Shown here: positions 26,966 to 36,124 of the stretch, piece by piece
Numbering within the stretch: position 1 is the first letter of the stretch
Layout of the letters: each line of letters opens with the position of its first letter
Source of the DNA: a virus
Lineage: Duplodnaviria > Heunggongvirae > Uroviricota > Caudoviricetes
DNA length: 64,000 bases
IMG/VR virus record: IMGVR_UViG_2667528037_000002
Span: 1-64,000 of that record
Direction: 5' to 3' (one strand)
Translations under genes and position numbers: made by a program
Notes under the pieces: generated by a model
The model's input: only the letters and a program-made list of their open reading frames with translations
What the model was told of the DNA's origin: nothing
The model's database searches: none

Positions 26966-28681
26966 GTGGACGTTCTCACCACTATCGGAACCCGTAAGAC
27001 GCCGCAGTCGCAGCAGGCGGACCCCCGGCAGGTGAAGAACTCCGCCGGTGGCTACACCTTCACCATCGACGACGAGGCCCTGCTGCACCGCTTCCTCACC
27101 CTCGGCACCGACGGCGGCACCTACTACACCACCGCCCCCGACCTCACCAAGGAAACAGCGGCCGTCGTGCTCCGCGCAGCAGCGGCCGACCCAGTCCGCC
27201 TCGTCCAGCACATCGTCGAGGTGTCTGTGGCCGGACGCGCACCCCGGCAGAACCCGGCCCTGTTCGCCCTCGCCATCGCCGCCGCAGCAGAGGACGTCGA
27301 CGGCCGCCGCGCCGCCGCAGCAGCCCTGCCCACGGTCGCCCGCACCGGCACCCAGCTCTACACGTTCGTGAAGTACATGGAGCAGTTCCGCGGGTGGGGC
27401 CGCGCCATGCAGCGCGCCGTCGGCGGCTGGTACCTCGACAAGCCCGTCGACCGCCTCGCCTACCAGCTGGTCAAGTACCGGCAGCGCGAAGGCTGGATGC
27501 ACCGGGACCTACTACGCCTGTCCGGCCCCACCACGGCGGACCCGGCCCGCCGCCTCGCCTTCAACTGGGCAGTCGGCAAGGGCCTGAACGACTACATCGG
27601 TAAGGTCCAGCCCCTCACTGCCGAGCAGTTGAAGGCGGGGGAGCGCAACGCCTCCCGGCCCAAGCTGCCTAACGTCGAGCTTGTGGTTGACCACCCCCTG
27701 GCGATCATCGAGGACTTCGAGGATGCCCAGCGCGCCACCCAGCCCAAGGAATGGGTGAGCATCATTCGACGTGGCAACGGCCTTCCCTGGGAAGCGTTGC
27801 CAGACGTCGCGCTCAACTTCACCGCTGTGTGGGAAGCGCTGATTGAGCACGGTCTGCCGCAGACCGCATTGATGCGCCAACTGCCTCGCCTGACCCGGCA
27901 TGGGGTCCTCCATGGTGAATATCTGGATCGCGTGGTTGCTCAGCTCCAGGACGCCGACCGTCTACGCAAGGGACGCGTACACCCGGTCAACGTTCTGATC
28001 GCACAGCGCACCTACGCGTCCGGGCGTTCGGCGCGCGGCGACTCCACCTGGACGCCGGAACGCAAGGTCGTGGACGCTCTGGACGCCGCGTTCTACAACG
28101 CCTACGGCGCGGTAGAGCCGTCGGGCAAGCGCACCCTGCTGGCGCTGGACGTGTCCGGCTCCATGGGCGCCGCGATCTCGGGTATGCCGCTGACATGCCG
28201 CGAGGCCGCAGCCGCACTCGCACTCGTCACCACCAACGTTGAGCCCGACCACGAGGTCGTCGGCTTCACCGACGGACGACAGGCCGCGCGCTCGGGCTAC
28301 GGCTACCGGTCCCAGCACCACATCACCCCGCTGGACATCACACCGCGCCGCCGCCTCGACGACGTGTGCCGGTACACCGCCGGACTCAGCTTCGGCGCCA
28401 CCGACTGCGCACTCCCGATGCTGTGGGCACAACAGTCCAAGCGCGAGTTCGACACGTTCGTGGTCATCACCGACAACGAAACCTGGTTCGGCGACGTCCA
28501 CCCACACCAGGCGCTCCGCGACTACCGCAACAAGACGGGCATCAACGCCCGCCTGATCGTTGTCGGCATGACGGCAACCCGCTTCACCATCGCCGACCCC
28601 GACGACCCCGGCCAGCTCGACGTGTCCGGTTTCGACTCGGCTGTCCCGCAGCTGATCTCGGACTTCTCGGCCGGACTGTAG
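26966..28681 (+). CDS. rsr: Ro60/Rsr ortholog (TROVE domain + C-terminal vWA/MIDAS)
   Basis: Long colinear similarity to Ro60 C-terminal half (HRDLLRLS, LDAAFYNAYGAVEPSGKRTLLALDVSGSM, FGATDCALPMLWAQ, VVITDNETWFGDVHP, RLIVVGMTATRFTIADPDDPGQLDVSGFD). GTG start with RBS aaggag. Confidence 0.92.
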   Translation: MDVLTTIGTRKTPQSQQADPRQVKNSAGGYTFTIDDEALLHRFLTLGTDGGTYYTTAPDLTKETAAVVLRAAAADPVRLVQHIVEVSVAGRAPRQNPALFALAIAAAAEDVDGRRAAAAALPTVARTGTQLYTFVKYMEQFRGWGRAMQRAVGGWYLDKPVDRLAYQLVKYRQREGWMHRDLLRLSGPTTADPARRLAFNWAVGKGLNDYIGKVQPLTAEQLKAGERNASRPKLPNVELVVDHPLAIIEDFEDAQRATQPKEWVSIIRRGNGLPWEALPDVALNFTAVWEALIEHGLPQTALMRQLPRLTRHGVLHGEYLDRVVAQLQDADRLRKGRVHPVNVLIAQRTYASGRSARGDSTWTPERKVVDALDAAFYNAYGAVEPSGKRTLLALDVSGSMGAAISGMPLTCREAAAALALVTTNVEPDHEVVGFTDGRQAARSGYGYRSQHHITPLDITPRRRLDDVCRYTAGLSFGATDCALPMLWAQQSKREFDTFVVITDNETWFGDVHPHQALRDYRNKTGINARLIVVGMTATRFTIADPDDPGQLDVSGFDSAVPQLISDFSAGL

Positions 28682-28687
28682 GAACGC

Positions 28688-28918
28688 GTGGACCCAAGGG
28701 CACAGCAGGCGCGGGAGCATCACCGGTTGCAGCGTGATGCCTCCCGCGTCGGCGAACAACACCGGTACGAACGAGACCGGCTAGTTCGTGAACTGTGGAC
28801 CACCGAACGAGAGAAGTGGACCTACGCCACGTTGGCCGCGGCGGTGACGTGCAGCCCGGGACTGATCCAGAAGATTCTCGACGGCCGCACCCCAACAGCC
28901 CAGCACGTCACCAGGTAA
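28688..28918 (+). CDS. Small HTH protein downstream of rsr
   Basis: ORF track. C-terminal HTH-like YATLAAAVTCSPGLIQKILDG. Confidence 0.4.
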   Translation: MDPRAQQAREHHRLQRDASRVGEQHRYERDRLVRELWTTEREKWTYATLAAAVTCSPGLIQKILDGRTPTAQHVTR

Positions 28919-29062
28919 AGGAAGGCAGACGCCGCAATGGATTTCAACACCCCACTCCAAAGCCTGAACGGCTGGCCCGCCGCGGTCGTCCTTGCCGTCG
29001 TGGTCCTCTGCGTGACGGCCGTGATCATCGCGGTTATCCGCGCCGACTAACGCTCGACGCGA

Positions 29063-29092
29063 CGTATAGCGCACTATACAGTCTGAATCATG
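29063..29092. promoter_or_regulatory. 30-bp repeat copy 2 (CGTATAGCGCACTATACAGTCTGAATCATG), inverted relative to copy 1. Start codon of gene 29090 inside.
   Basis: Identity with copy 1 in reverse orientation in ~26/30 positions. Palindrome GTATAGCGCACTATAC at 29064..29079. Confidence 0.5.
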
Positions 29093-29419
29093 AATGAGAC
29101 CCTGACGGCCCAGCAGCTAGCGTCCTTTGAGGACAGCCTCAATAACTATGCAGGCGACGGTGAATTGCCCACTATCCGAACGGACTACAGCGGTCGGGCC
29201 ATGTACGGCAGGGAATGCCTAGCCGTCGTACTCGACGACTCCAGCTTCACCCCCGCAGTCACCGCCGAACTGGCCTACGTCCTGGCAGACACCGACGATG
29301 ACGTCGCGGAACTCGTAGACCGTATCTGGTCGCTGCCCACCTACACCGACAACATGGGCCACCGCACCGTCATCTACTGGCCAAACATCAAGGCTCCCAA
29401 CACTGCCGGAGAGGACTAG
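29090..29419 (+). CDS. Hypothetical protein
   Basis: ORF track. Confidence 0.5.
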   Translation: MNETLTAQQLASFEDSLNNYAGDGELPTIRTDYSGRAMYGRECLAVVLDDSSFTPAVTAELAYVLADTDDDVAELVDRIWSLPTYTDNMGHRTVIYWPNIKAPNTAGED

Positions 29420-29425
29420 ACGACC

Positions 29426-29812
29426 ATGACGACACCCGCCCCGCGCATGTTCGGCCTCGGCGCCATCTTGACCGTGACGACCGACCTGATGCTGGTAGCC
29501 GACATCGGCGACATCTACGCACTCCTCAACTACATGACCGGCGACAACCTGTTTACCCATCAATTGCCTCGTGCCGCAGGCGAATGCAAGCCAGCACTGC
29601 TGGCACAACATCCCCAACTGGCCGACGTCGACGTACCCGAAATGCCTGATGCAGAGGCCTACATGACCTACCTGGCCAACCTGGAAAAGGTGCACGGCGC
29701 CGAACTGGCCGTCACACCGCTGGCCGCGGGCGCGCACAAGCACATCAACCCGTTGACCGAGCTAGCCGACATGATGCCCGGCAGGCCCATCATCACCGTT
29801 GTCGCACCATGA
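29426..29812 (+). CDS. Hypothetical protein
   Basis: ORF track. Confidence 0.5.
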   Translation: MTTPAPRMFGLGAILTVTTDLMLVADIGDIYALLNYMTGDNLFTHQLPRAAGECKPALLAQHPQLADVDVPEMPDAEAYMTYLANLEKVHGAELAVTPLAAGAHKHINPLTELADMMPGRPIITVVAP

Positions 29813-30048
29813 AGCAGCCAGAACCAGGCGACTACGAAGTGGGAGAGCTTACCCAGGCCGCTATCGGCATGGGCATTAGCTTCGTCACTCTCGGCTCCCA
29901 AGACCGAGACATCACCGTGACCGGAGAATTACGGCAGATCTACTTCTGCGCCGACATGGCCACCCTGCACGTGCTGCATAGCGAAACCCCTTTCGTCATG
30001 GACGAATACATGTTCACTGGCGACGAGACAGTGACGTTGACGGCATGA
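29809..30048 (+). CDS. Hypothetical protein
   Basis: ORF track. Confidence 0.45.
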   Translation: MKQPEPGDYEVGELTQAAIGMGISFVTLGSQDRDITVTGELRQIYFCADMATLHVLHSETPFVMDEYMFTGDETVTLTA

Positions 30049-30497
30049 CCACCTCAACCCGTGACGCACTGCCGGACTGGATGACCGTCGGCGCCGAAGT
30101 GATGCAGATACAGGACCGGCGCTTCTACCCCAGCATCGTCACCCATGGCACTGTGGCCCGCATCCTCGGCCGGGACATCGTGGTGGTCGACACTGACTGC
30201 AAGGAGCTGCTGCGTTTCCGCCGCACCGACTACTCCCCGAATGACGATTACTTCCGGCGTCGTGCCAGCTCTTACGAATACGCCGATTCTGTCTACCTGT
30301 ATCGCGCCGACGACCCCATGGCGGTGGCCATAGAGCGCCGGGCCCTCATCGCGGAAGGCATCAGCAACATCGCCCGGTGCGCCCGCACGCTCTCTATGGC
30401 CAGTCAGCCGTGGAAGGACTCGCATACCGCCGACGCCCTCGAAGACATGGCGGCGACCGCCACGCAGTTGGCCGCACTGATCAGGGAGGGCCGATGA
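30045..30497 (+). CDS. Hypothetical protein
   Basis: ORF track. Confidence 0.5.
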   Translation: MTTSTRDALPDWMTVGAEVMQIQDRRFYPSIVTHGTVARILGRDIVVVDTDCKELLRFRRTDYSPNDDYFRRRASSYEYADSVYLYRADDPMAVAIERRALIAEGISNIARCARTLSMASQPWKDSHTADALEDMAATATQLAALIREGR

Positions 30498-30799
30498 TCC
30501 GGGAGCTAGGTATCCGTCGCTGGTTGGCTTGGCGCCTGGTCCAGCTGGCCCACCGCATTGCCGATACGACGGTCGCGGAGCGCATCGTGATCGTGGCGCC
30601 CGACGGCGGTCCGGTCATTGAATGGGAGATCGAGGGAGACGCCTACGGCAACGGGGTGTCCAGCCAGACCGGCCTCACCCACTTCGCGCCCGGCTATACC
30701 GCGCTGCACATTTTCGACGGCGAGCCCACCTACCCGTACGACCTACACGCGATGGCCGCGTGGGCGCGGCTGCGCGCCTGGGAGGCAGCGCACCGGTGA
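30494..30799 (+). CDS. Hypothetical protein
   Basis: ATGA overlap in ORF 30377..30799. Confidence 0.45.
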   Translation: MIRELGIRRWLAWRLVQLAHRIADTTVAERIVIVAPDGGPVIEWEIEGDAYGNGVSSQTGLTHFAPGYTALHIFDGEPTYPYDLHAMAAWARLRAWEAAHR

Positions 30800-31473
30800 G
30801 GAACCCGGAGGCCGATGTCGTCGACGCGATAGCAGCGCTGGTCGACGACCAGCTTGAGCAGGAACGGTCGGGCTACGACCACAACATCAACCAGGACACC
30901 TGCCCGAAGTGTGGCGGCCCCTGGCACGGCCTCGTGCGCGGCACCTGCCCTGGCGCGACCGGCGTCCGGGGGAGCGAATCAGAACCTGCGACGGTCTCGC
31001 CCCTCGCCCAGATCACCCTGCCCGTCGAGCCGTGGCAGTGGCAGCAGCAGCGTTACTCGCAGCCCACCGTCACCGACGACAACGAACCGCTCCACTCGGA
31101 GTTTCGCCTGGTCATACCTCAAGAAACACACCCCCGCTTTGAATTTCATGAACCCGGCGACGACCCGCCAGCGTTGGATTTTCGATACCGGGTCATCGAC
31201 CTACGCTGCATGTCGGCGTACTACCCCATGACAGACTTTGTGGCGCTAGGAATACGGGTGGAAGACCAAACCCTGACCCACACTTACCCGGCCGAGCTGA
31301 TACACCGCGTCGTGCCCGGCTACCGCTTGGCCCACACCGTGCTACCGCCACACCTGCCCGACAGCTACGTGGAGCTGTACACACACCCCAACTACGGCGC
31401 GGTAGCCATGTTCCGTATCAAGGGCGGCGCGCTCCAGTTCCGCCTCCGCTTTGCAGGGTTGGGTCGCCCATGA
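30796..31473 (+). CDS. Hypothetical protein (GTG start)
   Basis: ORF 30622..31473 frame. Confidence 0.45.
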   Translation: MRNPEADVVDAIAALVDDQLEQERSGYDHNINQDTCPKCGGPWHGLVRGTCPGATGVRGSESEPATVSPLAQITLPVEPWQWQQQRYSQPTVTDDNEPLHSEFRLVIPQETHPRFEFHEPGDDPPALDFRYRVIDLRCMSAYYPMTDFVALGIRVEDQTLTHTYPAELIHRVVPGYRLAHTVLPPHLPDSYVELYTHPNYGAVAMFRIKGGALQFRLRFAGLGRP

Positions 31474-31904
31474 CCGACAACCTGCCCGTTCAACAGCCAC
31501 AGCCGGTCATCGCGCGTCGACTGCCCGGCCCGGCCGACTGCTGGTGGCGCCTCGGTCCCAATATCCGTACCAGCAGGACTGCGGAGGACCGCGGCTTGGT
31601 CAACGTGGTGCAACACGTCGACTTCGACAGCAGGGGCTTCTACCTCACCATCGAGCTACGCGACGGCTGCACACAAGACGTCTGGCCGTCCGACTACAAC
31701 CTGGTGCTGACCGACCCAGACAACACCGACTTCTACCCACCGACACGTGTTGTGCCACAACGTTTGAAGGCACTAGACCTTCTGACGGCGCGACCGCCCC
31801 TGCTTCGTATCCCGTTGGAATGGCAGCAGATAACCCGCCGGGGCGACCACGACCACCCCGGCGAAGACATGCGCAACTGGAGGTACGACAACCCATGGTC
31901 GTAG
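31470..31904 (+). CDS. Hypothetical protein
   Basis: ORF track. Confidence 0.5.
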   Translation: MTDNLPVQQPQPVIARRLPGPADCWWRLGPNIRTSRTAEDRGLVNVVQHVDFDSRGFYLTIELRDGCTQDVWPSDYNLVLTDPDNTDFYPPTRVVPQRLKALDLLTARPPLLRIPLEWQQITRRGDHDHPGEDMRNWRYDNPWS

Positions 31905-32257
31905 ACGCCGACTGGAAACCACCCCGCACCAAGAACGGGCTACGCCGCCTGCTGGCGCGATACCGCGCCACCATCACCGGCCTGCGCACTGAGCGTGATA
32001 GGTGGGAGCAGCGTTACGAGGATGAGCACCAACGCATCGTCAACCTAGCTCTGGAGCACCTTCCCCAGATCGACGCCACATCCGAGGACAGCCTTCCCGG
32101 CTTCGATAAGACCATCTCACTGTTCGGCGACCATCAACCTAGGTTCACGTGCAAGGCGAAACATTGCTGCTACCTCTGGCCTTGCCCGACTTACAGATGG
32201 GCGACCGGCACCGCCGACTTCGCGCTGGTGATCGAGCGGAAAGCGCCGACCACATGA
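31895..32257 (+). CDS. Hypothetical protein
   Basis: In-frame ATG of ORF 31451..32257. Confidence 0.45.
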   Translation: MVVDADWKPPRTKNGLRRLLARYRATITGLRTERDRWEQRYEDEHQRIVNLALEHLPQIDATSEDSLPGFDKTISLFGDHQPRFTCKAKHCCYLWPCPTYRWATGTADFALVIERKAPTT

Positions 32258-32595
32258 CAACGGCCCGGCACATCCAAGCACTGATCGACTGCACACCGCT
32301 AGCGCAGATCGAGCACCCGCAGTACATCGAGGGCACGCTGTACATCACCCGGCGGCAGCTGGAGGCTATCGAGGCCACCAGCCCTGGTCTGCCGACGACT
32401 ATGACGTCCTACATCGCCCTCGGTTCTATCCCCGTGCGCGTTCTAGACCCCGGCGTACCAGTCCAGCTACCTAGCGGCAACGTGGTCATCTACTTACCGG
32501 AGCTGGGCTCCCTATGCGTCGTCAACGCCGCGACCGCACCGGTATTCACGCAGCGCGCCGCCTCCGACCCCGAGGCGGCCAGGTCCGATGGCTGA
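32254..32595 (+). CDS. Hypothetical protein
   Basis: ATGA overlap, ORF 32149..32595 frame. Confidence 0.45.
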   Translation: MTTARHIQALIDCTPLAQIEHPQYIEGTLYITRRQLEAIEATSPGLPTTMTSYIALGSIPVRVLDPGVPVQLPSGNVVIYLPELGSLCVVNAATAPVFTQRAASDPEAARSDG

Positions 32596-32777
32596 CGCGG
32601 ACGTGTCCCGGGTGCGCGACGCTATCTGGAATGAGCTGGAGCGTCAGGCCGCACGATTCGGGCACGTCGACCGTGACCAATCGGTCATAGACATGACCGC
32701 CATCGAGCTGGATATGGACCAGGTCGCCGTCGCGGCCATCAAGGCTGCTGTCGGTGACATCTGATAGGAAAGTGGCC

Positions 32778-33182
32778 ATGGCACGCCGTGTCGAGGCAAA
32801 GATCAGTCAGGCCATAGCAGGTATTCCAAACCTGCTCGGCACCACGCAGACTCGCTTGGGCGACAGCCACCCCACCACACTGGTCTATACCCCGGAGCAG
32901 GTCGCCGCCCGCATAGCGGCGGTTCTCCCTTCGCTGCTTCAATCGGCTGGCTGTCTGCTGGTGGAGTTGCCGGACGTGGCGCAGGATGCGTTCGGGTCCG
33001 AGTCGGTTCGCGTGCCGCTGGGCGGACAACCGTGGGCGGATAGCGCCGTCCGTCTGCACCGTGCTCCTCGCGGCAACCGACTAACCCTGTCCGGCATACC
33101 CACACCGCTCGCGGCCGATGACGCCCCAACCCTTGCCGCCGCTCTGCTGGCAGCACACGCGGCGTCTTGTCGTCCGGCCTAG
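32778..33182 (+). CDS. Hypothetical protein
   Basis: Met 9 of ORF 32754..33182. Confidence 0.4.
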   Translation: MARRVEAKISQAIAGIPNLLGTTQTRLGDSHPTTLVYTPEQVAARIAAVLPSLLQSAGCLLVELPDVAQDAFGSESVRVPLGGQPWADSAVRLHRAPRGNRLTLSGIPTPLAADDAPTLAAALLAAHAASCRPA

Positions 33183-33191
33183 AGGTACTGC

Positions 33192-33761
33192 CTATCCCAC
33201 GCCGTCCGGGTGGCTGGCATCGCTCATGACCTCTTCCGCGGCCGTTTCCCGGGCGACCACCTTCCAGTACGTCAGGGCCGCTGAGGGGTCGGGAAGGTTA
33301 ACCGGAAACAGCTTGGTGTCGCGGCGCGGCAACTCGGACGGCACGGGGAGTTCGCGCACGGCTGTCAGCTGGGACCACTGGTACCCAATGCGGTTCCACC
33401 ATGGGTACCTCGCTGGCCGGTCATTTACCGAGTTGGACACTTCAGAAGGTGTTGGTAGTCCCTGCCGGTTCAGAATGTCCTTCACCCCGGGGCCTCTAGC
33501 CAACGAGTACGTCGCCTCGTATCTTTCAGCGGCCTTGCGAAGCGCAGTCAGGGCATCGTCTTGCCGGTCCCAGCTGACCTCGGCATACCAGACCTTCGCG
33601 TAGATGGCGTAGTACTGCGGCAGTACGTAGAAAGAGCGCTCCCGCAGTATTTCCCGCGGGGCGCGCTCCATCGCTTCGTCGAGGACCTTGAGCAGGTTCT
33701 TGGTGATGACGAAGTCCTCGTAGGCGTCCATCGTGGACAGGTACACCTCTGACAGGTTCAT
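33192..33761 (-). CDS. Minus-strand accessory (moron) protein of unknown function, leaderless-like start
   Basis: Met 38 of ORF 33192..33872(-). Well-balanced composition. Opposite + strand frame is junk. Confidence 0.55.
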   Translation of the reverse strand: MNLSEVYLSTMDAYEDFVITKNLLKVLDEAMERAPREILRERSFYVLPQYYAIYAKVWYAEVSWDRQDDALTALRKAAERYEATYSLARGPGVKDILNRQGLPTPSEVSNSVNDRPARYPWWNRIGYQWSQLTAVRELPVPSELPRRDTKLFPVNLPDPSAALTYWKVVARETAAEEVMSDASHPDGVG

Positions 33762-33845
33762 GATGCCGACCCTAAACCGCAGAACACCAACCGTGCTGGC
33801 TACTCGGCAACCTCCCTGTCCCGCGGCTCGTGGCACGATTGCTGC

Positions 33846-34175
33846 ATGGCACTCACATTGGACGCGGACCACCTACGTACGTCTGTCACCGAGCTGCGTC
33901 GGCTTGAGGACAACGTGCGCCTGAACCCTGATGCCGTCTTTTGGTCGGAGATAAAGCGGATCGCCGAATCGGTGGGTGTCGACAAGAATGACCCAGTCAC
34001 TCGACCGCTGGCCGAACTGATTGCCGAAAAGGAACAAAGACAGAAGGTAACCGGCGATATCGTCCGCCTGTTCGTGGACGTGGTGTGGCGTGCCGCTCGA
34101 CTGGTCGAGGGATTGCAGGACGAGATCTACCACATGACGCGGCCGGTCCTGCACGACCAGCCCTACACAGGGTAG
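33846..34175 (+). CDS. Hypothetical protein, divergent from minus-strand moron
   Basis: ORF track. Confidence 0.5.
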   Translation: MALTLDADHLRTSVTELRRLEDNVRLNPDAVFWSEIKRIAESVGVDKNDPVTRPLAELIAEKEQRQKVTGDIVRLFVDVVWRAARLVEGLQDEIYHMTRPVLHDQPYTG

Positions 34176-34199
34176 ACCCCGACACACCCGTCTGACCTG

Positions 34200-34220
34200 C
34201 ATACGGGCCTGCGCCCGTAT
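34200..34220 (+). other. Perfect hairpin ATACGGGC-ctgc-GCCCGTAT
   Basis: Read directly. Confidence 0.3.
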
Positions 34221-34258
34221 CACGTGTTATACATATGTCGTTGGCACCGCTGTGCCCT

Positions 34259-34296
34259 AAACGCCCCCGGACCTCACCCCGGGGGCGTTTCGTTTA
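34259..34296 (+). terminator. Rho-independent terminator: AAACGCCCCCGG-acctcacc-CCGGGGGCGTTT followed by CGTTT
   Basis: 12-bp GC-rich stem plus T-rich tail. Confidence 0.55.
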
Positions 34297-34634
34297 TCCG
34301 CTTCCCGCCCCCGCGCCGCGTCAACCCGGTACCGCTGATACTGCCGGTAAGCGCGCGACCCCAGGTTCGCCGCGTGCTCGGCGCCAGGGTCACCAGGTAC
34401 GCCACCACATCGCCGCCCGGCCTGTCGGGCGGGTGGTACGCCGATGCCCAGGACGCCCCAACTCCTTGGGGGTGAGGGCGCGCTGCGCCGCGCTGGCGGG
34501 AAGCCCCAAGGCTGGTGCACCGGGCCGCCATTTGCCCTCGCGTGGAACAAGCTGGGCAGCTATCGCGTCACGGCCGAACGGGTAACTAGGCCCGGTGTAC
34601 CCCAAACATGTTGTTAGGCAGGGAGATACACGCA

Positions 34635-34940
34635 ATGGACGATTCTTCGATCCTGCCCGGTCAACGTCCTTCGACCACATTCGTCGACCGCCTGCTGGAC
34701 AAGCTGATTGACCGGGTACTAGACCGCGTATTCGCGCGAATCGGCGAACTCGACGACAAGCTGCCCGTGATCGCCGACGCCGTTACCCGCGCAATCCTGG
34801 ACCGCACTGGCCTCAACAAGTTCGACGAACTCGCAAAAACCATTGTGACAGAGCTACTTTCACGCCTACGCGGTCTCCCGTCCATCCCCTTCAAGAACCT
34901 CTTCCCCAACCTAGGAGACCCTGATGGCCGCACGCCTTGA
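34635..34940 (+). CDS. Hypothetical protein
   Basis: Met 10 of ORF 34608..34940 with RBS gggag. Confidence 0.45.
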   Translation: MDDSSILPGQRPSTTFVDRLLDKLIDRVLDRVFARIGELDDKLPVIADAVTRAILDRTGLNKFDELAKTIVTELLSRLRGLPSIPFKNLFPNLGDPDGRTP

Positions 34941-35274
34941 GATCCGCTTCAACGACCGCGTCATCTACTTGCAGGACGTCGACGAATACACCATCGACAC
35001 CACCGCGGAAGGCACGGTAACGCTGGCCGCCATCGAGTCCGGGCATCGCGCCGACCCCGCAATCCCGACCGGCACCGTCATGGACGGCGTCATCAGCCTC
35101 GACAACCTGCCGCCAGAGTCCGTCGTCATCGCGCCGGACGCCCACCTCAGCGATGTCACCAACCAGGACCCCGAGGTGCTGGAGACCGTGCACACCGGCG
35201 AGGCGTACACGACGACCGGCGGCGAGGACCACACCCCGGCGGCGGACACCGGTAAGGGCGCCAAGGGCAAGTGA
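34924..35274 (+). CDS. Hypothetical protein
   Basis: ORF track. Confidence 0.5.
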   Translation: MAARLEIRFNDRVIYLQDVDEYTIDTTAEGTVTLAAIESGHRADPAIPTGTVMDGVISLDNLPPESVVIAPDAHLSDVTNQDPEVLETVHTGEAYTTTGGEDHTPAADTGKGAKGK

Positions 35275-35753
35275 GCGCTCTGCCAGAGTCGTTCACGGTC
35301 AGCTACGACACCTGGGCCGGTGTCACCGACCGCCAGACCGACCCGGACAACGAGCCGGACATCCGACCCGTCACCGGCACCATCCTGTTCCGGTACCGGG
35401 TGCCGTCCGGCTGGGCGTTCCGCGCCGCCGAGTACGACCCACGCCCCACCGACTTCGCGCTCGACACCTTCACCGCCCGTCTCGACGAGGGCCGGTTGAA
35501 GCAGCTGGATGGCACGGTCAACGTCAAGCTCATCGCCAACACCCCCCTCCTGGCGTGGGACCAGCCGCTGTACATCGACATCAGCTTCTCCAACATCGTG
35601 TTCAACCGCGGTGACCGGGCATGGCGGAACTTCGCCATCGTCGCCCCCACCACCGGTGGTGGGACGGTCAACCTGACCACGGTGCAGCGGTACCCGTTCC
35701 TCACGCCGCAGCAGTACGAGGGCTGGTTCCAGAACCACCCGGCGCCCGTCTGA
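35271..35753 (+). CDS. Hypothetical protein
   Basis: ORF track. Confidence 0.5.
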   Translation: MSALPESFTVSYDTWAGVTDRQTDPDNEPDIRPVTGTILFRYRVPSGWAFRAAEYDPRPTDFALDTFTARLDEGRLKQLDGTVNVKLIANTPLLAWDQPLYIDISFSNIVFNRGDRAWRNFAIVAPTTGGGTVNLTTVQRYPFLTPQQYEGWFQNHPAPV

Positions 35754-36124
35754 TGCGCGCCGGTGTCGTAGTCGCCCGTAGCCGTGAGGACGGGGAGCGG
35801 GTGGCCGACCTCCTGGACCTGACGGGCTGGCAGATCATCACACCGGGGCAGTCCCGTAAGGGCCGCCGATGCAAGCCCGTGGTGATCACCACCGACCCCG
35901 ACCTCCTCACCCCCGACGTCGTGGCCACCGTCGCAGGCATGGCGTACCCGGCATCCCAGCCGCTGACCTTCTACACCCTGCTCCTCACACTGCCCACCCC
36001 GACCGCACCAACGCCGCGCGCCCCCGAGGTGTGCGGGCACTGCGGCCAGCAGCTCGGCGGCGCATGCCCCGGCTGCCACCGACGTCAGCACGACCACACC
36101 AAGAAGAAGTGCTACCTGTGCTGA
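35753..36124 (+). CDS. Hypothetical protein with C-terminal Cys cluster
   Basis: Met 45 of ORF 35621..36124. Confidence 0.45.
   Translation: MRAGVVVARSREDGERVADLLDLTGWQIITPGQSRKGRRCKPVVITTDPDLLTPDVVATVAGMAYPASQPLTFYTLLLTLPTPTAPTPRAPEVCGHCGQQLGGACPGCHRRQHDHTKKKCYLC

Noticed and set aside
34200-34220. Hairpin ATACGGGC/GCCCGTAT as attachment site or terminator
   Set aside because: No T-tract and no matching second copy seen. Kept only as an unexplained structured element.
34235-34585. ORFs in the 34.2-34.6 kb gap
   Set aside because: Translations are P/R/G-rich junk overlapping strong hairpins. No RBS. Treated as noncoding.
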